64,000 nt of DNA from Nageia nagi (lineage: Eukaryota; Plantae; Pinophyta). The stretch covers positions 44,578,001-44,642,000 of the forward strand of contig JBITNC010000001.1 in the NCBI GenBank assembly GCA_050084985.1, written 5' to 3'. Every line of letters starts with the position of its first letter. The stretch's first letter is position 1. The notes below the pieces were generated by a model. It had not been told where the DNA came from and did no database searches. It was given only the letters and a program-made list of their open reading frames with translations. Of this stretch, positions 28,699 through 41,753 are shown one piece after another. Both the position numbers and the translations under genes were made by a program.

Positions 28699-29763
28699 TT
28701 AAAGATTTTGAAAGATAAAGAGAAAACAAATAATGTGTATAGCCAAAGCACAATGAGGCTAACCACAGGCGAAATAAATAGCAAGATAAATTGGAGACCA
28801 AAATAAATGTATTGCAAAGAGATAAAACTATTACAAGGCTCTCATAAAGCTAACAGGAAAACATACATGGTTCTTTAATCTGCTCCTCCATCCATAGCTT
28901 ACAGATAGGCTATTTAGACTTATATTAAAATAAATTATTACATATGTGCTACTTGGTCAAAATACAATTAAATGTAGCATGGCTCCATGCATGCATTCTG
29001 TCATCCTTTCTGTAGAGTAGATGAAGCCCATGCCCTTATATGCATAACGTCTGAAACACATTAAATGGTTGCAGAAGGTAGATCAACCATTTTTGTATGA
29101 AAATGTTAATGTCAATGTTGAGCATTTAATTTCGAGGCAAAAATCCCTTATACGAACATTTTTGTAGTGTAAATTCAGGTTCGAATGCAAGAGGGATGTG
29201 ATAACATAATAAGTCCTAGGATCCAAGCTCTAAAATGGTGACATCACTCACCAAAATTAGTGGGTGTTATCACTACCTAAAACTTAGAAGGCAAAAATAA
29301 TTCCTAGGGATTATTACTACCTGGAAGAGATAGAGCCCAAAAAAGATGTCCCAGAGCCCAGAGTTTGGTAAATCCCAAAGTCACCAAAGAAGTCTTGAAG
29401 AAGATGCAGCTAAATCTCGAATTCTAGGAAGTAATAATAATGCCTAAAAAAACAAATCCTAAAAGCACAAGTAGTAGTGCCTGGAGCATAAGAGGCTAAT
29501 AGCATCCGAGACCTGGAAAACCTACAAATACAATAGTGCTTAGATATATTGAGGTAGTGCTTGAATTTCAAGAGATAAAAACTCTAATCAATAAGTCCTG
29601 CAGCATGGGTCAATAGAGCCCGGTAAAGTTCCTATCTTCTGAGAATGGAGAGATTGAAGTAGATCTTGGATATGGTGATAATGCTCAATGATTGGAGCAA
29701 GAAATAGAGCCCAGATGTGGTAGATAGATCGGTAACACCCAAAAGTGGAGATTAAAATTTTTA
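28699..29763 (-). repeat. Copia 5' LTR
   Basis: Direct repeat of 23856-24945, adjacent to the PBS. Confidence 0.92.
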
Positions 29764-30399
29764 CAAAGTGAAAAGATGTTCAAGTTATTAGGAATGATGA
29801 GGAGAAAAAATAAAGTTTTGACTATGTAGGAAATGTGGCAAGGATCCCAGCATGGGTGCTAATATAACAAATAGAAAATGAAACTACGTATAAACTCTCC
29901 AACACCAGATTGATCATTTAGGAAATTTTTGGTACAAACACATGATAACAAGTTGAGAAACTTACAGATGGATCTAAACAAAAAAATATCAAATAGAACT
30001 AGATCAAGTTTTTCGTAGTAAATAATAACAAACCTTGACAAGGCATAGGCTATGACCTCTAGATGGACATGAATGACAATGGCATACTATTGGCTTCCTA
30101 AGATTGGCAAGAAGGCCAATGCACATACTAATGTCAGCATTTGCACAGAGCTACAAAGGGATAGGGGTGTGACTCCTAATGTTTAAAGGATGCCCCTAAT
30201 GTAGTGGAGATGAAATATAGGTAGATTACATCCTAGTGTAAATGTGGAGATCTAAGGGGAATTTAACCACAAAATCAAAATAAAGACACCTATACTACTA
30301 TATACATGCCAAAAAACTAAGAATGACAAGAGAAAGAACAACAATGTGTACCTTTCAATCATGATGGAGTAAGAGTACTCACAAAGTTGACACTTGAGT

Positions 30400-32300
30400 T
30401 TGATAAAATTTGGAAATGGGTTGTTGAAGATTCCCATTGTCTTGTTCTTCTCATGTTGAGGACCTCTCAATTGCTTTAATTTATAATTTGATTTTGTCTC
30501 TAGGAAAGCTACCTCCTTTTGATCAATTAGGTCCTGAATCTTATTAAGTAATGTCACACAATACTTTGTTACATGTCCTTGTTGTAGGTGATACTTGTAG
30601 AATTCATTTGATTTGCACTCTTTTGGTACTCTTGTTGCAAAGGATGGTTGAGTTATAGGCTTTAGTGGTTGAACCAATAACTTTTATTTGATCAAAGCTC
30701 TTGTTACTTCATCAATATCATCATAGATAGGTGTGAATTTCTGTCTAGCAAATTTTTGGCATTTTGTATAGAATGATTTCTCTTCCTTTTCAACTTTTTG
30801 AACTTCTGTTGATGCTACCGTAGGTTGTTATACCTATTCCACTTTAACTACTATTTGTGCTTCTTGGGACTGTTCCTTTTTGTTATGATGTTGAGACTGT
30901 GAGGATGATTTATCCTTTTTTTGCTTTGATTTAGGCTTCCAATGTCCTTATATGATATTGAATTGTTTCTTTTCCAACAATGTCTGTAGGAATGCATCAA
31001 TAGATAACTTGCGATAATCAAAACTTTTTGCTACACACTTTAGTTAAAGTGCCTCCAAGAAATCCATGATCTTCATGTCATCATCTATGCGAACTTGATT
31101 AGTCTTTTTAGTCCAAATTTTGATAAAATTTTCAATAGATTATCCTTCTCTTTGTCTTGACTTTAGTAAATCTATGAATGTAAATTCTTTGCTATACGAA
31201 TTTGATAATGATCACAACATACCATCTTTAATTGTGCAAAACTGGTAATACTAGCATGTGGTAATTTGTTGAACCATTTTGAAGCTTCCCCTTCTAGAGA
31301 CAAAGGAAATAACTTGGCATTCAAGTCCTCATCCAAAGTGGTTAAAGATACTTCATTACAAAAAATGCATACGTGAAGAAAAGGATCAGTAGTACCATCA
31401 AATTTTGTGAATCTAAGCTCTTTGCAAGAGAGAAATACAATATTTTTGATCTGCATACATAAGGGATTGTTGTCTTCATTTTATTGGGTAGCTAATCCTT
31501 GATACTTGGTGATTTCCTTGACTTGTTGTTGTAGTTTGTCAATTTTGTCTTGAGTTATCATTGGTACTACATTCTCCAAGGGTAAAGGTGGTATGATAAC
31601 TAAAATGTATTCTCTTGCATGTTCCATTGGTTTTTTGAAATGTTGTCCTTCTTCAAAGGTTATTAATAGTTGTCTAAGTATGTAGACTTCAAAATCTCAT
31701 GTTTTATCATCCTTATCACACATGATGTTATGTAATGTAGATGAGTTAAACCATTCTCTATCAATTTGAGACACCAATATCATGTTCTTCTTATTGCACT
31801 TTAGGATTTTTGTACACTCGATGTTGTTTTCTTGAGTCCATCTGGGGATTGGTTGCATAGCCTTGGAAAGAAGTCTATTTGTTTTTTCTTCCTAATATTT
31901 TCATCTTCTATGTGAGTGTTGCTTATTCTTGACCTGAAACAATCCTATTGTAATTGTATAATTATTCTGCACTTTATGGAGCAACCATTTGTAATATTTT
32001 ACTTTATCAAGGATACTCTTATTTGCTAAAGTCTGACCATCAACTGAATGAAGAAACTTTATTCTAATCTTGTTATCTTCTTCTAGCCAATTTGTACATA
32101 GTGTATCAACTTCTGACCATATTTTGTAGGATCATTTTTCTCACATTCATCCTTAACAAAAATATTTGTATCATCATCAAAATATGTAACATGTTCATCT
32201 TATTACATCTCTATGTTTCAATCTTCTTTAGTGTTATAACTACTAGTTCAACACAATTTGACCTCTAGTTGATCAATCCCTTGTCCAACAACTCTTGTAG
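30400..32300 (-). pseudogene. Gypsy gag (retrotrans_gag-like) of the PMD-carrying element
   Basis: KFDGTTDPFLHV..F...LNAKLFPLSLEGEASKWF (31172-31456). YKYHLQQGHVTKYCVTLLNKIQDLID is a Tat/Ogre-type zinc knuckle (30252-30677). Confidence 0.85.
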
Positions 32301-33299
32301 CATATGTGTGAGATCATCTATGTGAGAGCATGTAGCATTAGTGAGAGCATCTATGTTTAGTATCTATGAGAGTGTGTAGCATGTAACAAATTTCTAAATA
32401 TAAGCATCTACAATAATAAGGGAGCATATTGAAGAACAAGATGAAATGATGGTGGAACAGAGCTCAAAGGGAAGGTTGTGTACCCTAACAAACACCCTTT
32501 TAACTATGTGTCTTGTACAACCTAGAGTAATGATATTGACTAATTATTGAAAACCTATATCATTTGTGCATCATTTGCAACCTAGGGTTTAGAAACCTTT
32601 AATTTTGATGATGACATTGATGGTGAGTTGGTTACTTCCAATTTTGGTGTGGGGATTTGTATCTTTGATTTAGTCTGAAGTATTCTATCCTGAAATTTGA
32701 CTAAGTAATTGAGCTATTAACTCCTTCCATCATATGTGGTCACTTTATGATGCTCTTCCATAATGAGCATCATTCCTCTTATTTGTGGTCATTGTTGCAT
32801 GCTTTGTTTATTGTGGATAGGTGCAATAGTAGTGCAAGTGTCTGCCATTTTGCATAATTCATGCACCTTACATGATTCTCTCCTTGATTTTGAAAATCTT
32901 AGTCTTACATTTGTTCTAGCTTGCATAATCAATTTCATTATATTTTTGATTTACATAGTGTTCGATAAGGTCAAGGCTATCCTCCTTCCAAATTTAAAAT
33001 ACACCCTAGGTGTTTATGATCTTTGGGTTGCATATAGAATCAACTAGAAATTGATGGAACAAGTTTGGATTGGTAATGGATGTTTAAATCTAGCTAACTT
33101 TGGCCCTTATTTATCCAGCTCGATTGATTTTGGTTGATTTAATATAAATGCCCAAGATTTAGAGCATAAACACCCAAAGGATATGGCCCAATTTGGAGGG
33201 AGGATAGTTGTGTCCATATCCCCATTAATAGAGAAGTGACAATGTATGAGTAAGGAGAATGCTCTTTGTTCATCACGAGACTTCCTCTATTTGTCATTT

Positions 33300-34830
33300 G
33301 AATTTTTGTGTAACCAGTTTATCATAAGAACTTAGGGATTCCTAGAGATGTGATATCCCTTATGACATTATATGAACAAATAATTGGCCAAGACCAATTT
33401 GGTTCTCACTTATCATACATGGTCCATAGTACTATTATTGTAAACCAAGGTTAACCCCAATCACCTACTTTATTTGGCCTCTATATTGATGAACTTGAAC
33501 AAATGACCTCAAACACCTTAGGCACAAGTGTGGGTTGTTTTTTGGCATGATTTTGTAATCTCATTTTTTTCTCTTTTTAGATTACATCATTTTGGTATCT
33601 CATACAAAAATTATACTTCAATATAAAGTTAACACCTTGAGTACCTTTAATGCTACTCGTGATCTCGAAGTTAATCTTAAAAAGACAAAGGTGATATCCT
33701 TTATTATCTCAATAGCAGATGCTTCCAAAATTCACCTTACTTTTCAAGGGCAACCTATTGTGACAATCACAACTTACACCTATTTGGGTTTACTCTTCAT
33801 AGGTTCTCTTTCAACTTGATCCCAACCTCACTGAACAAATTGAATAAAGGCTATGTTACAATTTTCATACTCGAGAGACCATGTTTTCAACTCTAGTTCC
33901 AAGATATCATGGAAAAATGCAATTCCTTCCATGCCCTTTTCACAACTTTATGGTTGTGAAATTTGGGGGCGTAGCATGAGACACTTTATTTGGACCCATA
34001 TGGAGATTCTCTTTATCAATATGCTCTCAAGATCCATTTGGGCCAAAGGAGTTATCTTTCATTCCATCATTTTGGTTGAATTTGATTCATACCTCATGTT
34101 GGCTCTCATGGTATTCCATGTTATCGAGCTTTTGAATAGTATCCATCACATAATTTCAACATCTCCTTACTAGAAGAAATACCCTCTCTTAGCAATCAAA
34201 TCCTCAATGCAACTTACAAGCAAATGCATTTGTTGGTGTTGGTACTCAAAAGCCACCTCTCTCTTGTAATCCACAGGCTTGGATATTGAGAAAGTACCTC
34301 CCTCTCAGCTTCCAAATAGGACCTCTAATCCTTCTACCGGATACATCAACAAAAGGATCAGTAAGGAAATATACTCGATTTACTTGAGGACAACTTAGAT
34401 TAAACTAGGAAAATCACTTTCACCAAAGCTCTTGCATTATCTTTAGGTTTACATGAAACTAAAGAATTCTTCTATTATCATCCCTGATTACATCAAGCTA
34501 CACATTACATAGTCTATATTTCCCTCTTGGCCAAATAAAAGTTTGCTCACACTAGCTTCGTATCAAGACATACCACCATAACCCTAGGGACTAGCATATA
34601 TGCAAACTATGCAACATATAACTAAAGTCTAAAAAGCATTTCATATTCATTTTCCTCATCTACTATGAAATTCGAAGTCAATTCCATTACTTGTTCAAAG
34701 GTGCCTACACTTTGAAATTATGGATTAATTATGAAGACCAAAAATGAATCACACTCTATATCAGAGAAGCCACTCACTTTAAACAAAGAAGTGGTCACCA
34801 AAAGATATTGTAGCACAAGTTCCAAACTTA
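33300..34830 (+). mobile_element. Non-LTR retrotransposon (LINE) RT/C-terminal remnant
   Basis: VNQG*PQSPTLFGLYIDELE (QGCPLSP motif), LEVNLKKTKVI, YTYLG, LYGCEIWG and a terminal CKLC...HF...YYEIR zinc-finger-like motif. Confidence 0.8.
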
Positions 34831-35179
34831 TCGCATCTCATTTTTATTGCAGGAAACTATGAATCAAAAGTGTCACATGATCCCTAAAGTCTTTGGAAGG
34901 ATCACCTATCAACTCATTACTACTAAACCCACTAGAGTTACTTCCTATATGTTGGAGGAGCCCCTTGACTCTTCATTTGTAGACTTCGTGCCTTACTCAA
35001 GCATGTTGTATCTGACACTCTTTTTTGTCTACTTACTCTTACATATCGAAGCTGCTCCATCAAAGCTTCTCTAGTTCATCCCTTACTCTCCTTATATGTA
35101 TTTTGCACAATCCCATTGATCATTTTTTCGATCACTTGCAAACATTAAGATCAAATCTTATTAATGGAATTATATAGAT

Positions 35180-36480
35180 TTCATTAATTGATGAACTTGA
35201 ACTAGGCATAAATTCAATGTGGCGGCTAATACTTCTCATTGGTGTCAATCCATCACTAGTTTCCTCAACATAGTCCTCCAATAAGTTCTTCGCTCTTGTA
35301 TAAAAATATTCATCTAATCTACTCCCTCAAGTTCCATGGATTTGGCAACTAAAGCAAAGCATAATGCTTCTTTTTGTATTCCCTTCAAGATTTATTTTTC
35401 TCTTATCAAATAATATTTAGAAATACTCTCCACATATTCTCCATTTTCCTTCAATGGCTTCCAGGTGTACTTCTTTCCATCCTTCTCAATTGAGTAGGTG
35501 TTCCTACTTCATGTATAACCTTCCTATCAAATTACTAAGGCCATCCCAACAAAGGATGACAAGCAACCATTGGCATGATATCACAAAGCAGCTCCATCTT
35601 TGTAAAAACCAATCTAAAATTTAACCAAGTACTACTCAGCTACCAATATATGATGGCCCTTTTGCACCTAAGAAACTTTGTATGGATTAAGATCTACAAT
35701 ATTCTTCAAGCTAAGCTTCTCTATCATCTCCTTTGATACAAGTTCTTACTGCTCCCACTATTCACAATTAGATTGTAGCATTTAGCTCCTAATTTGGAGA
35801 TGGTTCTACACTTCATTCTTGGAATTGGTCAATGTTCCTCCTCATATGGTTTTGTGAGACTTTTTTCATCATAAAAGACTTCCTTATTTAGGCTCCTCTG
35901 CATGTTTTGATGAAAACATGCACTCATCCTTTGCTTGAGTAACATTATTTCTTACTCCAAATCATCTACCATTGTCTTGTGGTTCTACACATGCAAAGGC
36001 TCTATGTCCCACTTCACATTTTAAACAAGTTGCATTCTATCTTCTACCTCTTCCTCGATGTCTACCATTGTATCCACTCCTCTAATACTTTGACTAAGAT
36101 CATTCTCGAGCATACTAACTATGGTGTGCCTATGTTGATTTCTATGTGATCATTCCAAACTTATCTTGAACAAAGAGAAATTACATTCACATGTATCCAC
36201 CTTCTCTTCACTATCTTACACAAGACCAAATCTAACGATGATTTTATAGAATTCCTCACAATATTTCCTCCCACTCTTTTTACTTTAAGTTTTGTAGCTT
36301 TTTAACAAACCCAATTGAAAATCCACTAGGAAAAATTTGGACTTCAATTTACCAACCATTCTCTTTGAGGTTTTAATCTTCAACTTTCATTTTATTTGCC
36401 TCTCATTCTACATGTGATCCTACCATAAGGATGCATGCCCCTTCAATTTGATACTAACTTACCATGTTTGGATCTCAAAT
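35180..36480 (-). mobile_element. Gypsy (chromovirus/CRM-like) gag-protease remnant
   Basis: LKGHASLW*DH...KLKSKF...LKKLQNLK gag motifs and CYNLIVNSGSSKNLVSKEM, a degenerate D-S-G protease motif, at ~35730-35785. Confidence 0.7.
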
Positions 36481-36771
36481 ATATATTTCCCTTTAATAAG
36501 TTGTCAAAAATCCCTCTTCATAAAATAATTTAGATCATCAAGATCCAAATGACGAACTAATGGTTTTAGTATCTTATGGATCAAGTCTAAAAGCTAGTTT
36601 TGTTTAAAGACAAATAATCAAAATATTTAACCAAATTATTATTTTGACTGATAAACACCTCATGAATCACCTAAGGATGTTCTTTCATTAAGATTCAAAT
36701 CCTTGCTTATCTAATTATAACATAATATGAATTGCTCGTGTACTGGTGACTTTTAAATGAACAATCACTAG

Positions 36772-36852
36772 TAATGATCTTATTTTGTAATATGAATGAA
36801 CAATAAACATATATAATGATCTTATTTTGTAATATGACTGAACAATAAACAT
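36772..36852. repeat. 42-bp tandem duplication
   Basis: TAATGATCTTATTTTGTAATATGA(A/C)TGAACAATAAACAT at 36772 and 36814. Confidence 0.9.
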
Positions 36853-38089
36853 TTCCATTAAAATATTGTAATTTTATTATTATTTTGTATGTTGATCATA
36901 TCTTTCACAAAATAAGATGTATAAACATAAATAATGACAAATAAGAACCTAGTTAACCTTCATCAACTTACAACATTAATCATATCTCAATTATCTTCAA
37001 CACATAGTACAAGCTCTTGAATCTGTGAATTAAACATTAAAAATTTATCAAAATAAAGTACAAATGTAGACCAAATAATCTATGCAATACTATAATTGGA
37101 CACCAAAAATACAAAGAACAATCAAATATAATTATTTCATCATGATATCTAGATCAATCATAAACCATCTACGCGCATAAATGATAAAATGTCTTTGTAT
37201 ATGAATACTCTTCTGTAATTCTACCTTTTGTATTCCTATGTGATTATCATAATGTAATTTTAAGATCTGGATTTCTGCCAATACAAATTATTCAAATTAA
37301 TCCACTCAACAATTATGATAGTCATGATTTAATAACCTAAATGAAAGCAACATCTACCTTGATAAAAACTAAATTTCGTAACCCACTTTTACCATCAATT
37401 GTCTTTTTGATAAAAAATCAAATAGTTAATTCTTTCTTATCTACAAAATTGAAGGACCTTAGACCTTTTTGTAGTTAAAAAATCTAATATGCAGTTTACA
37501 AGAGCAAATGGAGATTATGCTTTACATACTTTGCTTATAATCAACAAACAGATGTCCAGAATGGAAGGATAACGAAAAATATAATTTGTTTAATAATCAA
37601 ACAATGTCCTTATGATGTTTGGAATAAGATGAAAACCAAATATTTTAACAGAAGAGTCTTGTGGGAAAAGTCCAACAAAAAAAGACCTATTACCAAAGCT
37701 TACAAAGTAAAAATTCTTTACCCATAAACGTCATCGCCTAATGCTAGTGTTCCACTATATATTATGTCAAACAAGTTTCCTTGGCTTTGAGTACAAGAAG
37801 AAATGGGTAAATCAAAAATCTGGCATCCAATAAACTGAAAAATGTACACCAAATTCCCAGGAAGATAATGTTGGAATTTGCACTTGATTGAAGATCTCAA
37901 AATTGAAATTCCAAGACTTTTCCTTAAGATGGATTAGTTCAAACAGATCAATCAATTTTGGAGAGAAATAACTTCTTGTGAAGACATCCAATTAAGTTGA
38001 TTCCTTTTGCATTGTATAGTGCTCGAAGATACCTTTCCAACAAGTAAATGCATGTCTACTTTCTCTGGAGGATTGACCATTATATTGGC

Positions 38090-38225
38090 TGTTTTCTGGC
38101 GAACTGTCCTTATCTTCCCAGAAACGCTTTGACCCTGCATGTTTCTGAAAACGCCACGCGTTTCTGGAGACCTAAAGCATTTCTGAAAACACCCCTGCAT
38201 TTTTGGAGACCCAACGTGTTTTGTC
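38090..38225. repeat. Short degenerate tandem repeat (TTTCTGAAAAC.CC..GC.TTT(C/T)TGGAGACC)
   Basis: Two to three ~39-bp units, CpG-containing. Resembles DNA-transposon subterminal repeats. Confidence 0.5.
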
Positions 38226-40769
38226 AGTGTTTTTGACAGTTACGACATCTATGATGTTTGATCATGTTTTTAGTGCTTCCACTTCGTTTCAGAGTCTGTT
38301 ACTTCGTAGGGATAATGGGAGATAGTCCTAGAACATGTTTGTAAATCCCATTTAACTAATTTAGATGGATTTAAGTGGATTTTATGTAACAGTCTATAGC
38401 ATTTAGTTTCTTGATCATGTAACCTCCATGAATGCTCAGTTTCGGTTACTCATTGGAGTTCTATATATTGTAGTCCGAAATTCTTAATCAAATATTGTGT
38501 TAGCATCAAATTGTCTCTCAGATAATGTATTATCATTGAAAACATAAACAAATCTCACAATATGAAGTCATTCAAAAACTCCTCTAAGACATCATATGAT
38601 TTTACCAAAAATCATGTTACTTTCATTTATCATACCAGTGAAAATTCGTAAGATGGCAAATGCACTAATATTAAGAAGTTAGCATATCAGCAAATATAAA
38701 AAGGTACAAAACAAAACTTCTACAAATATAATAAAATCGAATCTCACTAGAGATAAACTGCACGATGTAGGCTAAAAAATCTTGCTATCACTGAACTTTC
38801 AGTTCATGTGCCACTTCTACAACGTCCAACACCAACACGAAAAACAGCTTTGATGGGTGCAACAGAGCGTTAGAATCCACACTGAAATAAACATTAAATG
38901 TTAACATTCTTAGATCCTCAACATCATTGAACATTATTAAAACAAGAAAAACAAGACATCCCACTTATAGCTGAAAGACCAACATAGAAAATTTGCAAAA
39001 ATAAAAAGGTTTCAATTAATCAGTGATGTCAATATCAAATTTCAGGTTCCATAATCAGGGAATACATATAACATACTTTACTTCAAAATGATCAACCATC
39101 CTGATAGCAAAATACTTGAATGCTAGTTGCAAAAAAAACATTAAAGAAACAAAACAATGGTAGAGATACCCGCTCACAACAAAGAACAAATAACCGATTT
39201 TCCTTTGAAAAGATGGTATCCGAAATTTTGCAGCCTTTGTATATCACATATTTATCTGCTTACACATAATTCAAACTAATTAATAGTCAAAACATGAAAT
39301 AGATCTCCATAAAATGTTAGAAACATTTCCTATTCTATCCAGAAACAACTCCATCTTACATGCAAGCCAACGAAAAAACAAAAACATTATTTTCCAAAAC
39401 AATTTATTCAACCATCTCCTTCCGTATCTCTACACTAATTATCAAGGATGCTCCATGTCTTTTGCTTTAACAAGATCCATAATAAATTGAAAACAACCAC
39501 CCCCATACTGTGTATACAGTACTGTCAACTTTTCAGCAAACAAAAGTAAAAGCTAAATTCCGTGATATATTATCTATTAAACTGATAAACCAAAAGCCAA
39601 TGTTTCACAGATAATTGATGGTAACATTTCTACGGTGACCACAACGACCAATTTTTACAAGCTCAAGAAGCTACTTGAAGATAAAACCTAAGATCTGTGA
39701 ACAATAAGAAGCAGTGTACCAGTGGGTTTTTGCTTCCTAGCTACCATGTCATTTATATAGTATCTGCCTTTCGCTCTTTGTCAGTCAACAATAAATAAAA
39801 CTGCAATTGTACAATAAACAGAAATTTCCCTCCTTGAATGCCATGGATGACAATTACAAACCCAAAAGTAGGCAAGGGGTGACCGTGATATAGATGAAGA
39901 TGTGGACTGACGGATTAACATTATACAAATTGAGGTTCATTCCTATATCAGATTATCCCGATAGCTATTGCTAAACTAAAACAGCTAAAAAACATTCAAA
40001 ATCAACCACTGATAAATTCAACAAAGTAACTAATGCCCATACAGAAAACTCTACAAACAAATTATATCATGCACATCCCCAAGCAGCAAATGAATAAAAA
40101 ACTGTGCAACCAGACATCTCAAATTCCGTTTTCTCAACCATAGCACACCACAAAGACTGATTATAATGAAAACCTGAAGGCCACATATAAACTTAGTAGT
40201 GATTTTAAATTTTTGGAATGTGATCCTAGTGTATACATGTATACACATACAATAAGCTGATCTAAAGCACAATATAAAATAAGTATATCTTGCTTAAAGA
40301 GATTGTTAAGGCTTCATCTATTATAAACTGTCAATGAGAAAATTTACAATGACACATACTGGTTTTACTAAATATAAGGTAAAATAAATAAAAATTGTTA
40401 TTCTCAGAAGGTTGTCAGTTTAACCTCTGATGCCTTAGCTATGCTACTGCCTACAATAACATTTACTTCACAGAATGCTATAGATATTAATTGTGTAAAT
40501 CACGTTCTTTCCTGTAGAATTCATAAATCCTAACCAAAAATAATACATACAAAATGCAATGAAGTGGAAGTAATATCCAACCTAATGAATTCACCTTTGC
40601 TTAGCATCCTTCGGCTTGTGTTAACTCAACATCCGTCCAGCATGTGTCAACTCAACATCTCTGCAAGAGGGTTTTTGTCAAGATGTCATTCAAAATGCAT
40701 GCACACGAATGTTTGACCATTGTTAAAGATATCTAAAAGTTACTTTATGTTTTTTTCTTTTTTAGGGAG

Positions 40770-40881
40770 GACTTTTTATAGCGATTTTAAACTGCCGTAT
40801 TATGATATTTTACAACGGTTATAAATCTTCATAAAATACCATTGTAAAAAGACCACTGTGAAAAATCTTTTTTGTGCAGTG
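40770..40881. mobile_element. CACTA-superfamily right-end fragment
   Basis: Ends in TTTTTTGTGCAGTG, the reverse of CACTGCACAAAAAA, preceded by typical subterminal ACAACGGT/ACCACTGT motifs. Confidence 0.5.
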
Positions 40882-41020
40882 ATAAGAAAAATAGTCAAAA
40901 TCATAGTTTTAGGAGAAATATGACAAGACCAACAATTCAAAATTTGTTAACAGTTATTTAGACATATTTTGTAATAATAAGGGTACATGATTGGAAAAGA
41001 ATAAAAAAGGTCCTTGCCAT

Positions 41021-41239
41021 GAGGCGGTGGTGTAGTGGTAAGGTCTCTTGGTCTCCGTTTGGAAGGTCAGGGATTCCAATCCCACAAGTAAAGAGAGGAA
41101 ACTATGCCTATGTGGAGGGGTAAAGGAAGTGGTAAAACCTGAGGTTCTAGTAAAGGCCGACCAAGGTTTCCTACGTAGTAGGTTACATGATTCCCCATTA
41201 CATGCACATGGACATAGAATCCTCGGAACTTTAAAAAAA
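41021..41239 (+). mobile_element. tRNA-derived SINE
   Basis: A box TGGTGTAGTGG at +8 (41028) and B-box-like GATTCCAATCC (41072) at tRNA spacing, then a ~150-bp body and an A-rich tail TTAAAAAAA. No full cloverleaf. Confidence 0.65.
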
Positions 41240-41240
41240 T

Positions 41241-41310
41241 CCCCTTGGGGATACCGCACCTATTAGGTGCATGTCTTGTTGCTAGGAGGTCCCAAGTTCG
41301 AATCACCCTG
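41241..41310 (+). mobile_element. Second tRNA-like/SINE head fragment
   Basis: GGAGGTCCCAAGTTCGAATC (V-loop/T-arm, B box) at 41285-41304. The A box is degenerate. Confidence 0.4.
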
Positions 41311-41753
41311 TTTGTTGTAGTAATTATCCATGCGTGAATGATTCAGATGAAGAAGGGTAAAGATTCCATTCAAAAATCCATCCTCCAACATAATCGAAAA
41401 ATAATGAAGGTCCTTCATAATTTCTGTAATATTTGACATAATCTTATCCAAAGCATAGCTTAGGATATGATCCTTGGAATCATAAGAATAATAAATAAAA
41501 TAAAATGATATTGATTATAATCCTATGCTTTATGATATGTTCATATCAACAGATATGACATTAGTTCAAACCCTCCTGATTTAGTTTTCAAGTTTGATAG
41601 TAAAAGAATGTGAATCATATGATAAGTATCATTGGATGCATTTTCAAGTAAGGATACATTGCTTAAATTGCTTGGGGAAAGATTAGTGTTGATCAAATCA
41701 AACATAAAGAGACAATCACAATATGTATTGCTCAACCTTATTTTGGTGATGAT

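Larger units (their letters stand above)
23856..29763 (-). mobile_element. Near full-length, decayed Ty1/Copia retrotransposon with both LTRs and 5-bp TSD
   Basis: LTRs at 23856-24945 and ~28699-29763. TSD CAAAG at 23851-23855 and 29764-29768. PBS TGGTATTAGAGT (tRNA-Met type) at 28686-28697. PPT 24946-24960. Motifs WYLDSGCSNHMTG, integrase, QMDVKSSFLNG, LYVDD and SWSSKKQ..IALSS.E.EY. Confidence 0.95.
18513..32560 (-). mobile_element. Non-autonomous Gypsy (Tat/Ogre-like) element: gag + antisense PMD ORF, no pol, 5' LTR not found; interrupted by a Copia
   Basis: 3' LTR 18513-19315 with PPT, tandem repeats, plus-strand PMD gene and minus-strand gag at 30.3-32.3 kb. The Copia TSD (CAAAG) shows the two flanks were contiguous. 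Confidence 0.7.

Noticed and set aside
32560-33240. Possible 5' LTR of the PMD element or a coding remnant
   Set aside because: No similarity to 18513-19315 and no recognisable motifs.
36741-36773. Helitron 3' hairpin/CTAG end
   Set aside because: The CTAG lies inside the stem rather than ~10 nt downstream, and the stem is AT-rich.
37722-37833. EF-G/EF-2-like exon (IYSGTLALGDDVY)
   Set aside because: The resemblance is limited to a few residues and no flanking homologous exons were found.
41021-41095. Functional tRNA gene
   Set aside because: Acceptor and anticodon stems do not pair convincingly, the B box is mutated, and a body plus A tail follows, so a SINE fits better.
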